DNA of 63,305 nt, the filler included, from Pseudomonadota bacterium (lineage in GTDB: Bacteria; Desulfobacterota; Desulfobacteria; Desulfobacterales; JBDRRP01): the NCBI GenBank assembly GCA_043825735.1. It is 4 parts of 4 records of this genome, joined end to end, with 100 filler letters (N's around TTAATTAATTAA, not from the genome) between each part and the next. Parts side by side here need not be neighbours in the genome. Positions count along the whole stretch, not along the records: positions 1 to 29,604 come from JBDRRP010000081.1; positions 29,705 to 57,579 come from JBDRRP010000084.1; 2 more parts are not named here. One strand, written 5' to 3'. Under the pieces are notes generated by a model, which did not search any database, had not been told where the DNA came from, and saw nothing but the letters and a program-made list of their open reading frames with translations. The translations under genes were made by a program, and so were the position numbers. This document shows positions 19,325 to 31,045 of the stretch, piece by piece; position 1 is the stretch's first letter; every line of letters starts with the position of its first letter.

Positions 19325-20026
19325 TTACATAGATCGTTTCATGGGAACTTGAATGTTGTTGAGCGAGACGAGTATCGGCTTAACTTCATGCCGGTGCTCC
19401 GGTGGTATCATCAGGACCTTAATCGGGCGGTTGGCGATCAGGCTGGTACCGGCGACCTTCAGCTTGCTGCTTTTATATTTTTGACGGTTTTGCTCCTTTG
19501 CCATCAAGCCTAAAACATCGCTTAGATTTCCCGTAAAGCCATGTGCATCGATGTGTTCGATATACTGCAGGCATACATTATTAAGTGTAAGCACCAAGGG
19601 GTCCATTTCAGCAAAGCCGGCTTCTTGACAGTCGTGTTTTGAAACCATGCACCGGCAGCCGAAAGGTCTTTGCCGATAAATTAGGCATTCGTTATTTCTC
19701 AATAGCGGACAGGGTCCCCAGGCCGGATCGATAGACTCTAAGGGAAGATCCTTTCCCAGCGCACAAAGTTCTGCAAGTTTGTTGGTCGTTACCACGGGCT
19801 GAAAGCGCCTGCTGCCGAGCACCGACGGCAGCTTTTCAAACAGACTCGGCTGTCCGCTTGAAATCAGGTGCCGGGCAATTCTATATCCCTCAAGGGTCGT
19901 CACGGTTACATTGCAGGTACAGCAATGGGCGCAATATTTTTGGCATGCCAGGTCCAGCTTGCCGGTAAAATCATCATACACGCTGTAAATTTGGTCCAAA
20001 ACCGCCAGTTTGGTATTGATGTCCAT
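19325..20026 (-). CDS. YkgJ-like cysteine-cluster (CxxxCxxCC) protein
   Basis: CQKYCAHCC and CPLL...CLIYRQRPFGCRC motifs; start at MDINTK assumed. Confidence 0.8.
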   Translation of the reverse strand: MDINTKLAVLDQIYSVYDDFTGKLDLACQKYCAHCCTCNVTVTTLEGYRIARHLISSGQPSLFEKLPSVLGSRRFQPVVTTNKLAELCALGKDLPLESIDPAWGPCPLLRNNECLIYRQRPFGCRCMVSKHDCQEAGFAEMDPLVLTLNNVCLQYIEHIDAHGFTGNLSDVLGLMAKEQNRQKYKSSKLKVAGTSLIANRPIKVLMIPPEHRHEVKPILVSLNNIQVPMKRSM

Positions 20027-20065
20027 TGCGCCTGCCTGCCCTTGCTCAAACACCTTGACTTTAGT

Positions 20066-20129
20066 ACTGATGGCGTCGTAAAAAGTCCCATCTATAGTTG
20101 AATTCGTGATTTTTTACGAGATCATCAGT
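20066..20129. repeat. Short palindromic REP/MITE-like element
   Basis: actgatggcgtcgtaaaaagtc ... gattttttacgagatcatcagt imperfect inverted repeat. Confidence 0.7.
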
Positions 20130-20225
20130 CCTGACAACCGGCAATTTTCAGTCACTGCTTACCAGTCTGAAAATGATAACACAAGATTGATCCGTTATAC
20201 GGGGTAAACTAAACAGGGAGATACT

Positions 20226-21332
20226 ATGAAAAGCAATGTTTATTTTATCGATTTGCGAGCAACGCCGAAAGAGAATCTGATTGGCAAGCTTGAACGGTTA
20301 ATGCATACGGCCGGGCTTTCTGAAAAGATCAAAGCAAGAGATCTTGTTGCAGTGAAGCTCCACTTTGGTGAGCTGGGAAATACTGCTTTCATCCGGCCCG
20401 TATTTTTGCGTAAAGTTGTGGAAACCATCAAAAGCGCCGGCGGATTGCCGTTTCTAACCGATGCCAATACGCTATATGCGGGCACCCGCAGCGACTCTGT
20501 GCAACATCTTGCAACAGCGATTCAAAACGGTTTTGCTTATGCCGTGGTGGATGCCCCTTTAATCATCGCAGACGGGCTTAGAGGCAAAAGCGAAACCGCC
20601 GTTGTTGTCAATCAAAAAAACTGTAAAAGGGTGTACATCGGATCGGAGATTGTCGCAGCCGATGCCCTTATATCGGTCGCCCACTTCAAAGGCCACGAGC
20701 TTTCCGGCTTCGGTGGAACTATTAAAAATCTGGGAATGGGCTGCGCGTCGCGCCGGGGAAAACTGGAGCAGCATTCCACCGTGGCGCCCAAGGTTAATAA
20801 GAAAAAATGCGTCGGCTGCGGGGACTGCGTCAGCCACTGCTCTCAGCAGGCCCTTGCGTTGCAGCAGGAAAAGGCGGTGCTGGACCCCAAAAAGTGTATC
20901 GGCTGTGGAGAATGTATCCTCATCTGCCCCGAAAGCGCCATTGAAATCCAGTGGAATCAGGCCATACCCGTTTTTCTGGAAAAAATGGTGGAATACACCC
21001 TGGGTGTTTTAAAAGATAAAGAAGGCAAGGCCTTGTACCTGAATTTTATCAACAATGTCTCGCCGGCGTGCGACTGCTACGGTTATAACGATGCGCCCAT
21101 TGTCAGGGATATCGGCATTGTTGCCGCCACTGATCCGGTGGCCATCGACCAGGCGTCCGTCGATCTTGTAAATCGCGAACAGGCTCTGCCGGACTCCTGC
21201 CTGAAAACCAACACGCAAGGCGGTGAGGATAAGTTCAGGGGCGTTTATCCCGAAATAGACTGGGAGATCCAGCTCGATTACGCCGAACAACTCGGCCTTG
21301 GAAGCCGCAGGTATGAACTGATAAAAATTTAA
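20226..21332 (+). CDS. DUF362 domain protein with a 2x[4Fe-4S] ferredoxin insert
   Basis: VAVKLHFGE, HFKGH, GGTIKNLGMG, CVGCGDC and CIGCGEC...CP, CDC, DPVAIDQAS. Confidence 0.9.
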   Translation: MKSNVYFIDLRATPKENLIGKLERLMHTAGLSEKIKARDLVAVKLHFGELGNTAFIRPVFLRKVVETIKSAGGLPFLTDANTLYAGTRSDSVQHLATAIQNGFAYAVVDAPLIIADGLRGKSETAVVVNQKNCKRVYIGSEIVAADALISVAHFKGHELSGFGGTIKNLGMGCASRRGKLEQHSTVAPKVNKKKCVGCGDCVSHCSQQALALQQEKAVLDPKKCIGCGECILICPESAIEIQWNQAIPVFLEKMVEYTLGVLKDKEGKALYLNFINNVSPACDCYGYNDAPIVRDIGIVAATDPVAIDQASVDLVNREQALPDSCLKTNTQGGEDKFRGVYPEIDWEIQLDYAEQLGLGSRRYELIKI

Positions 21333-21479
21333 CTCAAGTATTATCGACGAGTTGTCGTCGTGAAGCGAAGGTTTACCCATTTTATATAGTGAAAAAAAGC
21401 AAATTAATAGTTTTTAAAACGGGGGGTGCGGGGGGTAAACCAATATTACTTGACCTGCCGAAGCATAAAGATGTTGCTT

Positions 21480-22586
21480 CTATTCATTTTGGTCTGATTT
21501 GTAAACTGGATTTTGTAGGCGCGACAGCAGGTCCCCGATCACAAGGCACTCGAGCCCAAAAGGAAGGTAGCCGGCATACCCTAAAAGCGGCATTTCAAAT
21601 ATTTGAAAACGGTGGACAAACGGTACGCTGTACTGCCATTTGGCAAGACTATTGTAGTTCCACATCTCCCAAAACAGGCCGCAAAACAGTGCCGCCGTCG
21701 CCGAAGAGATCACCCTGCTCCAATCTCCGCCGGCAATTTCTGACAGTACATGCCGCTCTTCCGCTAAGCTCTGCAGTGAAACGATGATCAGCAGAGGCGA
21801 CACCCACAGGAGGGGAAAAAGGTAATCCGGCCAGATACCGATGCCGGTCAGGCCGCAAATGGATATCACCAGGGCGGTCCGGGCCGCAATTTTGGGGTGT
21901 GAAAAGCCAAAAGGCAGAAAATTTTTGAATTTCTGTTTAATCCAGGGAAAGCCGGCAATCCATTCTTGGGTCCCCAAAACCGCAGGCAGTACGGTCGAAA
22001 ACGGTAGGGTAGCAAGGCAGAAATATTTCACGGCACCGTAATGGACACCCGTGTAGTGCCAGTTCTGAACAAACCGGTTCAAGTATTCGAAGAACCACCA
22101 AAAGGCAGCACTTGTAGGGAAAAGGAGCAGAAAATATCCGGTACGGTCTTTAAGCATACAGCGGCCGCTGCGCCGATAACACAGGGCGTTGATTACGAGG
22201 ATATACGCAAGCCACAAGAAAGTGAACGTATGTGGCTGCAAGCCTGCAAACCAGGGGAAGCGGGTCCAGGCCAGCAGCCAAAAAAGCATGCCGGCAATAG
22301 CTCCCAGCCGGCCCCACCAAGGAAAAGGAAATAAGGACGCGCCTTCAGACTGAGATTGCCGGATTGATCGAACCAGCGGGATAAGCAGCGGCAGCACCAC
22401 TGCAATGATAAAAACGCTGTAGGCAATGAAAGCGACCCAGGAGAATGGAGCATGGGAAACATACAGCGTTTCAGGAGGAAACTCCAGATATCTTAAAACC
22501 GGGTACCCCGCCAGAAATATCCCGAGCATGGGCAGCCCCAACAGCATTGAAGCCAGAATTAAAAATTTTAGCAAAACTTTTTTCAC
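21480..22586 (-). CDS. Conserved-looking polytopic membrane protein
   Basis: About 10 hydrophobic segments; duplicated WxxxE...N...W.Y motif. Confidence 0.75.
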   Translation of the reverse strand: MKKVLLKFLILASMLLGLPMLGIFLAGYPVLRYLEFPPETLYVSHAPFSWVAFIAYSVFIIAVVLPLLIPLVRSIRQSQSEGASLFPFPWWGRLGAIAGMLFWLLAWTRFPWFAGLQPHTFTFLWLAYILVINALCYRRSGRCMLKDRTGYFLLLFPTSAAFWWFFEYLNRFVQNWHYTGVHYGAVKYFCLATLPFSTVLPAVLGTQEWIAGFPWIKQKFKNFLPFGFSHPKIAARTALVISICGLTGIGIWPDYLFPLLWVSPLLIIVSLQSLAEERHVLSEIAGGDWSRVISSATAALFCGLFWEMWNYNSLAKWQYSVPFVHRFQIFEMPLLGYAGYLPFGLECLVIGDLLSRLQNPVYKSDQNE

Positions 22587-22663
22587 GCCGCTACCGGCAA
22601 GTTTTGATCAATTGAGAAAAAGCCAAATTTATCAATTTTGGTTACAAAAACAATAAAAATCAC

Positions 22664-22706
22664 AAAAAAGGGCGTTCCTTCATAATTGGATGGAACGCCC
22701 TTTTTT
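22664..22706 (-). terminator. Rho-independent (probably bidirectional) terminator after csp
   Basis: aaaaaagggcgttcc / ggaacgccctttttt stem. Confidence 0.85.
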
Positions 22707-22722
22707 AATTCAAAAATATAAA

Positions 22723-22923
22723 CTAAACTACAGTGACATTTACCGCTGCAGGACCTTTTTGACCCTGCTCTATGTCAAAAGTAACCCGATCGCCTTCATA
22801 GAGAGTCTTGAAACCGGCAGCATTGATGCCTGAATGATGAACAAATACATCCGGGCCATCTTCCTGCTCGATGAAGCCATAACCTTTGCTGCTATTAAAC
22901 CATTTTACAATTCCATTAGCCAT
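22723..22923 (-). CDS. Cold-shock protein (CspA family)
   Basis: VKWFN, KGYGFI (RNP1), DVFVH (RNP2). Confidence 0.96.
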   Translation of the reverse strand: MANGIVKWFNSSKGYGFIEQEDGPDVFVHHSGINAAGFKTLYEGDRVTFDIEQGQKGPAAVNVTVV

Positions 22924-23051
22924 CGTGACACGCTCCTTTCAAAAAAATTCTCATGGTTCCAAACTGCAGGTTGCCGCTTTGACAAATGGATCTTGCCTTC
23001 AGAGCGAAACCGGTCCGCCAATTAAGAACGGGCCTTTATTGATTAAATCGT

Positions 23052-23079
23052 ATTATATTATGTTTTTAAGAAAAATCAA
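23052..23079 (-). promoter_or_regulatory. Putative sigma-70 promoter of csp giving a ~120-nt 5' UTR
   Basis: TTGATT-16 nt-TATAAT on the minus strand. Confidence 0.5.
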
Positions 23080-23193
23080 GCTGATTATAGGGTCATTTTT
23101 TAACGTTGCGACCGTTAAGAATCGTGACGGGGTATAAAAATGCGAAGGCATTATTGGCGAGCCCTTAAATAGTCTTAAATGGATGGGTACTAA

Positions 23194-23631
23194 TTAATCG
23201 AGCTTGGCCCACTTGTTCTGTGCTGTTAAACGGCCGCCGGTACCACACTTGGAGCATTCGACATCAAGGGGTCTTTCATCTGTTGGTATTTCGATAGCAG
23301 CTTTACATTTGGGGCATTTAATAGCCAGCCTCTTTACGCCGGCGGCACTGACGCCGATGAACGCCATGATCGCTTTGCGAACAGACTCTCGGTCATCGTC
23401 ATCGCCGGCAGTTTTTAATTTTTCGTAGTCTTCTTTTGTAAGAACAAGCTTTATATCCAGCGTGGTTGAATTTTCCAGCGCGTTGTTAAGCTCTTCAAGG
23501 GCAGTGGCAAGGTTTGAAAATTTCATATCACCTGCCTGTATTTTTTCCTGGATCATGTTAGTCAGATCTTCAGCGGACAGCCATTGGCCTTCTATGTTGA
23601 TTTTGGCCTCTTCTAAATTTATTGCAGTCAT
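23194..23631 (-). CDS. Hypothetical protein with C-terminal zinc ribbon
   Basis: 145-aa ORF with CPKC and CSKC pairs. Confidence 0.75.
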   Translation of the reverse strand: MTAINLEEAKINIEGQWLSAEDLTNMIQEKIQAGDMKFSNLATALEELNNALENSTTLDIKLVLTKEDYEKLKTAGDDDDRESVRKAIMAFIGVSAAGVKRLAIKCPKCKAAIEIPTDERPLDVECSKCGTGGRLTAQNKWAKLD

Positions 23632-23927
23632 TCGACCCCCCTTTATTGTTGATAAAACCCCTAACTCGAATCTAATAACCCAATAAAGTCAATTTTTAAT
23701 ATCTTCGGGTCGCTGAGCATATTAATAAACAATTTTATTTTTGTCCACTATTATCACATGCGATATCCGTATCATTATATTGTATTTAAAAGCAATTGAT
23801 CCATTAGCCCCGGAATTCTGCTTGACAAATAGTTTGATCCTTACTAATTGTACCTTTTTGGTAAAATCGTAATGGTGTTTTCGAAGCCATTTATTTTAAT
23901 ATCAACAGCGAAAGGAGAGAAAGACCT

Positions 23928-25205
23928 ATGTCAAATTTAATTCCACCTCATGGCGGCAAGGGCTTAACTTGTTGCCTACTTGAAGGCGCTGAAATGGAAG
24001 CGGAAAAGAAAAAGGCCAAAGGCCTTAAAAAGATCTCTATTGCACCACGCGCAAAGGGTGACTTAATTATGATGGGGATCGGAGGATTCAGCCCGCTGAC
24101 GGGTTTTATGACCAAGGCGGACTGGCAAGGTGTTTGTGATAATTATCAGCTTGCCGACGGGACGTTCTGGCCCATTCCGGTGACGCTGGATGCATCCAAA
24201 GAAGATGCTGACGGTATTAGTGAAGGCGATGAGATTGCCCTTTACGACCCGGAGGGCGATGAAATCATGGCCACCATGCGGGTCACCGAGAAGTATGCAA
24301 TGACCGCAGCCGACAAAAAGTTTGAATGCGAGAAGGTCTTTATGGGGGAAGGGACCCCGACGGCCGAAGAATTCTGGAAAATTGCCAAAAACGATCACCC
24401 CGGCGTTCAGATGGTCATGGAGCAGAAGGATGTTAACCTGGCCGGTCCCGTCAAAGTGTTGAGCGAAGGTGAATACCCCGTCGAATTTGCGGGTATCTAT
24501 ATGCGGCCCGAAGAATCCCGCAGGATTTTCGAAAGTAAAGGCTGGACCGAGATTGCCGCGCTGCAGCTCAGAAACCCCATGCATCGCTCCCACGAATACC
24601 TGTGCAAGGTTGCCGTGGAAGTCTGTGACGGCGTCTATATCCACTCCCTGGTCGGGAACCTGAAACCGGGTGATATTCCGGCCGATGTTCGCGTCAAATG
24701 CATCGACGCCCTTGTAAAGGGCTACTTTGTGGAAAAGAACGTGGTTCAGGGCGGCTATCCCCTTGACATGCGCTATGCCGGTCCCAGAGAAGGTCTGCTG
24801 CATGCAACCTTCCGTCAGAACTACGGCTGCTCCCGCATGATTATCGGCCGCGACCATGCCGGCGTGGGTGACTTTTACGGCATGTTCGAAGCCCAGACGA
24901 TCTTTGACAAGATCCCGACCTCTGATGATCCCGGCAAAATGCTGCTGTGCAAACCTTTAAAGATCGACTGGACCTTCTACTGCCACAAGTGCGACGGCAT
25001 GGCATCCTTAAGGACTTGCCCCCACGGCAAAGAGGACCGGGTGCTTTTATCCGGAACCATGCTGCGTAAAATGCTTTCAGAAGGCGGTCAGCTTCCCGAT
25101 CATTTTGGACGGGATGAAGTTGTTGCAATTCTGCGAAAGTACTATGAAGGGTTGACTGAAAAAGTTGAAATCAAGATGCATGGTGCTGCTACCGGCCAAA
25201 AATAA
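23928..25205 (+). CDS. sat: Sulfate adenylyltransferase (dissimilatory-type ATP sulfurylase)
   Basis: [33 protein letters not shown] motifs. Confidence 0.96.
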   Translation: MSNLIPPHGGKGLTCCLLEGAEMEAEKKKAKGLKKISIAPRAKGDLIMMGIGGFSPLTGFMTKADWQGVCDNYQLADGTFWPIPVTLDASKEDADGISEGDEIALYDPEGDEIMATMRVTEKYAMTAADKKFECEKVFMGEGTPTAEEFWKIAKNDHPGVQMVMEQKDVNLAGPVKVLSEGEYPVEFAGIYMRPEESRRIFESKGWTEIAALQLRNPMHRSHEYLCKVAVEVCDGVYIHSLVGNLKPGDIPADVRVKCIDALVKGYFVEKNVVQGGYPLDMRYAGPREGLLHATFRQNYGCSRMIIGRDHAGVGDFYGMFEAQTIFDKIPTSDDPGKMLLCKPLKIDWTFYCHKCDGMASLRTCPHGKEDRVLLSGTMLRKMLSEGGQLPDHFGRDEVVAILRKYYEGLTEKVEIKMHGAATGQK

Positions 25206-25246
25206 TTTTTCATAACCCTGACAACAAAATCAGTTCGACCTGAAAC

Positions 25247-25281
25247 AAAAAAGGAGATGTCGCCTGACATCTCCTTTTTTT
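25247..25281 (+). terminator. Bidirectional Rho-independent terminator after sat
   Basis: aaaaaaggagatgtc / gacatctccttttttt stem. Confidence 0.9.
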
Positions 25282-25467
25282 ATGCTTTCATCCAGCCAGG
25301 CTACGGCAAGCGCGGCTCAAAAAATCCAGGGCAGGAGTCAAACTCCCGATTGTATGCAGACCAGGCAGGTCTGAAGGAAACGGTCAACGCCTTTTCCTTT
25401 TCGCCAATTGCATACCGACCTAATCTGCAAGACGTGTCTTTCGTCACGCACCTTTCTGTTTATACTG

Positions 25468-26358
25468 TCATTTCGGCTCTTTTTCTTTGATCCTTGGGTC
25501 CACATGCACGATGACACGATCGAGGCTGTCTATATCTTCAATCAGGCAACTCTCCACAGCCTTTGCGATTTTATGTCCCTCTGCAACCGTCAAGTGGCCA
25601 TCGACGACGATGTGGATTTCCATTTGATAAAAACCCCCGGAAGTTCGAACTCTTAGATCATGCGTATCGACAACTCCATCCACAGCTAAGGCGCATTGTC
25701 TGATCTTGCTAATGACTTCAAGTTGAGGGGCGGTGTCGGTAAATTCACGTAGAGCGGTTCGCAAAATATCAAGCCCGACTTTTACGATGAAAAAGGATAC
25801 TAAAAGGGCAGTGAAGGCATCCAGAATGTGCCAGGAAGGTTTGATTTGTGTTCCGGCGATGCCGATCAGGACAGCCACAGAGGAGAGGGCGTCTGAGCGG
25901 TGGTGCCATGCATTGGCAATGATCAGCTGGCTTTTGATGCGACGCCCCGTGCGTATCGTATAATGAAATAGAGCCTCTTTGAAAGCGACAGATATGCCTG
26001 CCGCAACCAGCGCCAGCATGGTAGGATGGTATTCCGTATGATCATAAATATTCAGGGAAGCTTTTATTCCTATGTAAAATGACGTAGCAATAAGCGCTAT
26101 TCCAACGATGGCAAAGGCTAATGTTTCAATTCGCGCATGACCGAAAGGGTGTTCCTCATCCGGGGGTCTACGACCAATTCCGACACCAAGCAAGACCACA
26201 ACGTCGGTAAAGAGGTCGGAAACGGAGTGAACCGCATCCGCTATCAGGGCTTGGCTACTTCCGAATATCCCCGCAAAGAACTTTAGCAGAATTAAAATTA
26301 TACTTACCAGAGCCCCTAAGATTGTCACCGATCGGGCGGTTCTGACTGACGTTGTCAT
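25468..26358 (-). CDS. Cation diffusion facilitator (FieF-like) transporter
   Basis: ADAVHSVSD, HPFGHARIE, WHHRSDA, IVHVDP motifs. Confidence 0.92.
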   Translation of the reverse strand: MTTSVRTARSVTILGALVSIILILLKFFAGIFGSSQALIADAVHSVSDLFTDVVVLLGVGIGRRPPDEEHPFGHARIETLAFAIVGIALIATSFYIGIKASLNIYDHTEYHPTMLALVAAGISVAFKEALFHYTIRTGRRIKSQLIIANAWHHRSDALSSVAVLIGIAGTQIKPSWHILDAFTALLVSFFIVKVGLDILRTALREFTDTAPQLEVISKIRQCALAVDGVVDTHDLRVRTSGGFYQMEIHIVVDGHLTVAEGHKIAKAVESCLIEDIDSLDRVIVHVDPRIKEKEPK

Positions 26359-26538
26359 ATATTCACGCCTAGCTTTCAACGAATAATACGTTTTGATTTC
26401 AACCGATCCTGTTACTGTGGTATTATAACATGATTATCGTCGTTATTCCAGGCGAAGATTTTTGATACCCTTTCTAATCCTAAATGAAATTGATCTCAAA
26501 TCATAGACTGGGCCTTTGCAAGCCGAAGAATTATAGGA

Positions 26539-27743
26539 CTATTCGTGACGTAAGGCTTCAATCGGATCCAGCTGCCCCGCCTGTCTGGCCGGGAAGTAGC
26601 CGAAGATGACGCCCACAGCTGCGGAAAACAGGAAGGCGATAGCGACAATCCCCGGATCAAAAACAAAGGGAACAGCGAGGACGCGCGCGCCCATCGCGGC
26701 TGCAGCTACCCCGAGGATGATGCCGATCAGCCCCCCAAAGGAAGACAGCACTACGGCTTCGACCAGAAACTGCATCAACACATCCCGCTCCAGGGCACCG
26801 ATGGCAAGCCGGATGCCGATCTCCCGTGTTCTTTCCGTAACCGATACCAGCATGATATTCATGATTCCGATGCCCCCGACCAAAAGGCTCACCGCCGCCA
26901 CGGCACCCAGCAATCCGGTAAGTACCCGGGTCGTTCCGGTCATCGTGCTGACAAGTTCTTGCATATCTCTGACATAAAAATCGTCCTCTGCGCCCATGGC
27001 AATGCGGCGACGCTCACGCATCAGCCTTTCGATATCCTGTTCGACTTTGCTGGTGGAAACGCCATCTTCTGCTGAAACATAAATTCTGCTCACATCTATA
27101 TTCCCGGCGATGCGTCGCTGAAACGTGCGCAAGGGTATAAGTACGAAGTCATCTTGATCTGTCCCAAAGCTGGACTGCCCCTTGGATTTGAGGACTCCGA
27201 TCACCTGGCATGAAAGCTTTTCCAGGCGGATAGTGTTGCCTAAAGAGTCCTGGCCGCCAAAGAGTTTTTTGTGCACGGTTGCACCCAGGATGCACACGCC
27301 TTTTCCTCCCCGAAGTTCACTGTCTGTGAATTGACGCCCGCTCTCAATCTGCCAGTTGCAGGCCTGCAAATAGGCACGCGTGCTGCCGATAACCGAGGTC
27401 GCCCAGTTTTCGTTTCCGTAGATTGCTTGTGTGGTTTCAGAGACCATCGGTGCCACCGCAACAAGTCCGGAGATTTCGCGGGCAATGGCGTCTGCATCGT
27501 CTACCTTAAACATTTTACCGGTTGATTGGGTGCCGCCCGGACCGTGGCGGTGCTGCCCGGGTCTAATCTGCAGAAGATTGGTACCCAGTTTCGTGATATC
27601 GGCGGTCACCTGGGCCGTCGCCCCCCTGCCGAGAGTCACCATGGTGATCACGGCAGCGACGCCGATAACAATACCCAGGATGGTCAGCGATGAACGCATG
27701 AGGTTGCGCCGGATTTCCCGCAAGGAGAGTAAAATCGTTTCCC

Positions 27744-27750
<7 letters not shown>
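26539..27750 (-). CDS. MacB-like ABC transporter permease
   Basis: RSSLTILGIVIGV, GGIGIMNIMLVSVTERTREIG, LDPIEALRHE. Confidence 0.93.
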
Positions 27751-28474
<724 letters not shown>

Positions 28475-28478
<4 letters not shown>

Positions 28479-29604
28479 CGTTCAGATCTCACCGTATCGA
28501 CCACGAGTGGCATCCCCGGCTCAATGTCGCCGCTCGTTATTTCGGTCATTCTGCCATCAGTGACGCCTATGCTGACGGCAGCGGCGAGAAGTTTTCCGTC
28601 GCGCAGCGTCCAGACGTCCTGCAGTTTGTTGTTGGCGGTCGAGTCTTTAGGCTGTTTTGACGGCGGTCTGTGCCGACGTGGCAAAAGTTTATTAAGTAAG
28701 CTGCCGCCGTTGGATGGGGCCTCTTTCTCTTTAATCGGCGGGATAAAACGCAACGCAGCATTGGGCACCAGAATCGCGTTTCCCACTTTGTTGACGGTGA
28801 TGTCCGCCGTTGCCGTCATCCCCGGCCGTAAGGAAAGATCCGAGTTGTCCACGTTCAGGACCGTTTTGTATGTGACAACCCCGTTTACGGTCTGAGAACC
28901 GTACCGGACCTGGGTGATCCGCGCCGGGAACGTCCGACCCGGGTGGGCATCGACGGTGAAAGTGGCCGCTTGTCCCTTTGTTACCTGACCCACATCGGCC
29001 TCGTCCACGTCCACATGGAGTTCCATCTGTGTCAGATCCTCGGCCAAGGTGAACAGCACCGGGGCCTGAAACGAGGCGGCCACGGTCTGGCCGGGTTCCA
29101 CGTTTCGCGTAAGGACGATGCCGTTAATGGGGGAATGGATGACCGTTTTTGCCAAATCCGTCTCGTCGGCTTCGAGAGTGGCCTGAGCCTGGGACACCTG
29201 TGCCCTTGCGGTGGCCTCGATGGCCCTTGCCCGATGCAGCGACGCCTGAGCCGCATCCAGGTCCTGTTGCGACGGCACCATGTTATTGCTCAATTCCCAC
29301 ACCTGCTTTAACCGCGCCAGTTGATCTCCCGACTCTTTGACAGTGGCCTGTGCCTCCAAAACCTTTGCCCGGGTCGATTCTAGGGCAGCTTTTGATTGCA
29401 GAACCTTGGCTTTCAGCTTGTCTGTGTCCAGCCTCGCCAGAATCTGGCCGACTTTCACCCGGTCATTGTAATCCACTTCGACGGTCTTGATGATACCGGA
29501 CAGCTCGCTGCCCACATCCACCTGGTTTGTCGGTTCCAGGGCACCTGTTGCAGTCACGGTCACGGTCAGGTCTCCCTGTACAACTTGCTGGGTCTGGTAC
29601 TGCA
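28475..29604 (-). CDS. MacA-like efflux periplasmic adaptor subunit (5' end lost in the assembly spacer)
   Basis: VDVGSELSG, IHSPINGIV, EPGQTVAAS, LRPGMTA; reading frame runs into the N spacer. Confidence 0.9.
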
Positions 29605-29704
29605 NNNNNNNNNNNNNNNNNNNNNNNNNNNNNNNNNNNNNNNNNNNNTTAATTAATTAANNNNNNNNNNNNNNNNNNNNNNNNNNNNNNNNNNNNNNNN
29701 NNNN
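29605..29704. other. Artificial contig-joining spacer
   Basis: 44 N + TTAATTAATTAA (stops in all six frames) + 44 N; identical to the other two spacers. Confidence 0.97.
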
Positions 29705-29958
29705 CCAAACACAGCTACGACGTCACCAGTGACCGCGTGACGATATCCACCATCCACAGCGCCAAGGGCCTGGACTGGGCAAATGTGTTCATCGTCGGCA
29801 TCGATTATATAGAGCCCAAGGAGTGGTCTGAAAACCAAATCCGCAGGTTGATTTACGTGGGGCTCACCCGGGCGAGGTACCGCTTATTCATACCGCATGT
29901 CAGGAGTTTTCATTTTATCGATGAAATGGAAACCGCCCTGAAAACTATGCGCCGCTGA
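29705..29958 (+). CDS. C-terminal fragment of a UvrD/superfamily-1 helicase (5' part outside the contig)
   Basis: STIHSAKGLDW (motif V) and IYVGLTRAR (motif VI). Confidence 0.85.
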
Positions 29959-30087
29959 TCCACGAAATGAAATCAGGCATACAGAGCACTGTTTCCGGTA
30001 AAAAAGCGCGTAAACAAAAAAGGCCTTTTGAGCAAAACAATCCATAACGTTTGCAGAAACAGACAATTTTTGTTAGATATCGCAATC

Positions 30088-30903
30088 ATGATGGATGACA
30101 ATACAGACCTAACCAAGCGCCAATCCATAACCGCTTTTGTCGATGCCCTTCAGGCGCAAGGCCGCTACACCTTTACCAGAGGCGAGGCGATGGGCTCAGA
30201 CCGGTTCTCCGCCGTTGCCCTTGAAGCGGCCCTGAGGCGCCTCAAGCAACGCGGCAGGATCGCTCGTCCGCGGCGGGGGTTCTACGCGATTGTGCCCCTG
30301 GAATACAAGGAGGCCCAATGCCTGCCGGCCAGTTGGTTCATCGATGACCTGATGGGGTTTCTCGGGCAACCCTACTATGTCGGTTTACTGAGCGCCGCGG
30401 CCGTTTATGGGGCGGCGCATCAACAGCCGATGGATTTTCAGGTGGTGACCGATAGGGCGACCCGTCCGGTTCATGTCGGCCGCGTGAGAATCACCTTTCA
30501 TAAAAGCCGTTCCGTCGCCAAGTTGCCCACCGGTCGCATTCAGACTGAGACCGGCACCATGCGGGTCTCCACACCGGAGGCGACGGCCCTGGACCTTGTG
30601 CGGTTTACCGCCGCTGCAGGGGGGCTGAGCAACGTTGCCACCGTCTTGAGCGAGTTGGCCGAAAAAATCAGACCGGAAGAATGGGCTGCCACCATGGACC
30701 AATACGCCAGCCCAATCCTGCAAAGGGCCGGATACCTGCTGGAAATGGTGGGAAAGGACGACTTGGCCGCACCACTGGCCCAATGGCTTTCGCTCAGGCG
30801 TTACCGACCGGTGCCGCTTTCACCCGGGAAGAAGATTTCCAGTGAGCCGGCAGACCCCCGGTGGCGTGTCATCGCCAATGATACGCCGGAGATCGATCTT
30901 TGA
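30088..30903 (+). CDS. Type IV TA system AbiEi-family antitoxin (orphan)
   Basis: wHTH ...RIARPRRGFYAIVP, YYVGLLSAAAVYGA, RVSTPEATALDL, WRVIAN C-terminus. Confidence 0.85.
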   Translation: MMDDNTDLTKRQSITAFVDALQAQGRYTFTRGEAMGSDRFSAVALEAALRRLKQRGRIARPRRGFYAIVPLEYKEAQCLPASWFIDDLMGFLGQPYYVGLLSAAAVYGAAHQQPMDFQVVTDRATRPVHVGRVRITFHKSRSVAKLPTGRIQTETGTMRVSTPEATALDLVRFTAAAGGLSNVATVLSELAEKIRPEEWAATMDQYASPILQRAGYLLEMVGKDDLAAPLAQWLSLRRYRPVPLSPGKKISSEPADPRWRVIANDTPEIDL

Positions 30904-31045
30904 TTCCACGGCATTCTGAACGGCGCCTGTGTGAGAATATTCAAACTGCGACGAATGCCAAGGGAAATATGGGTGCAGGTTTAACTTGCTAAAATGCGCA
31001 GATACAACTACTTTAGGTAGCGATAACTGCGCAAAGGAGCAAGTC

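Noticed and set aside
23738..23762. Rex operator upstream of sat (ttgtccactattatcaca)
   Set aside because: Only one half resembles TTGTGAA-N4-TTCACAA and the spacing is off. Too weak to call without a position-weight-matrix scan.
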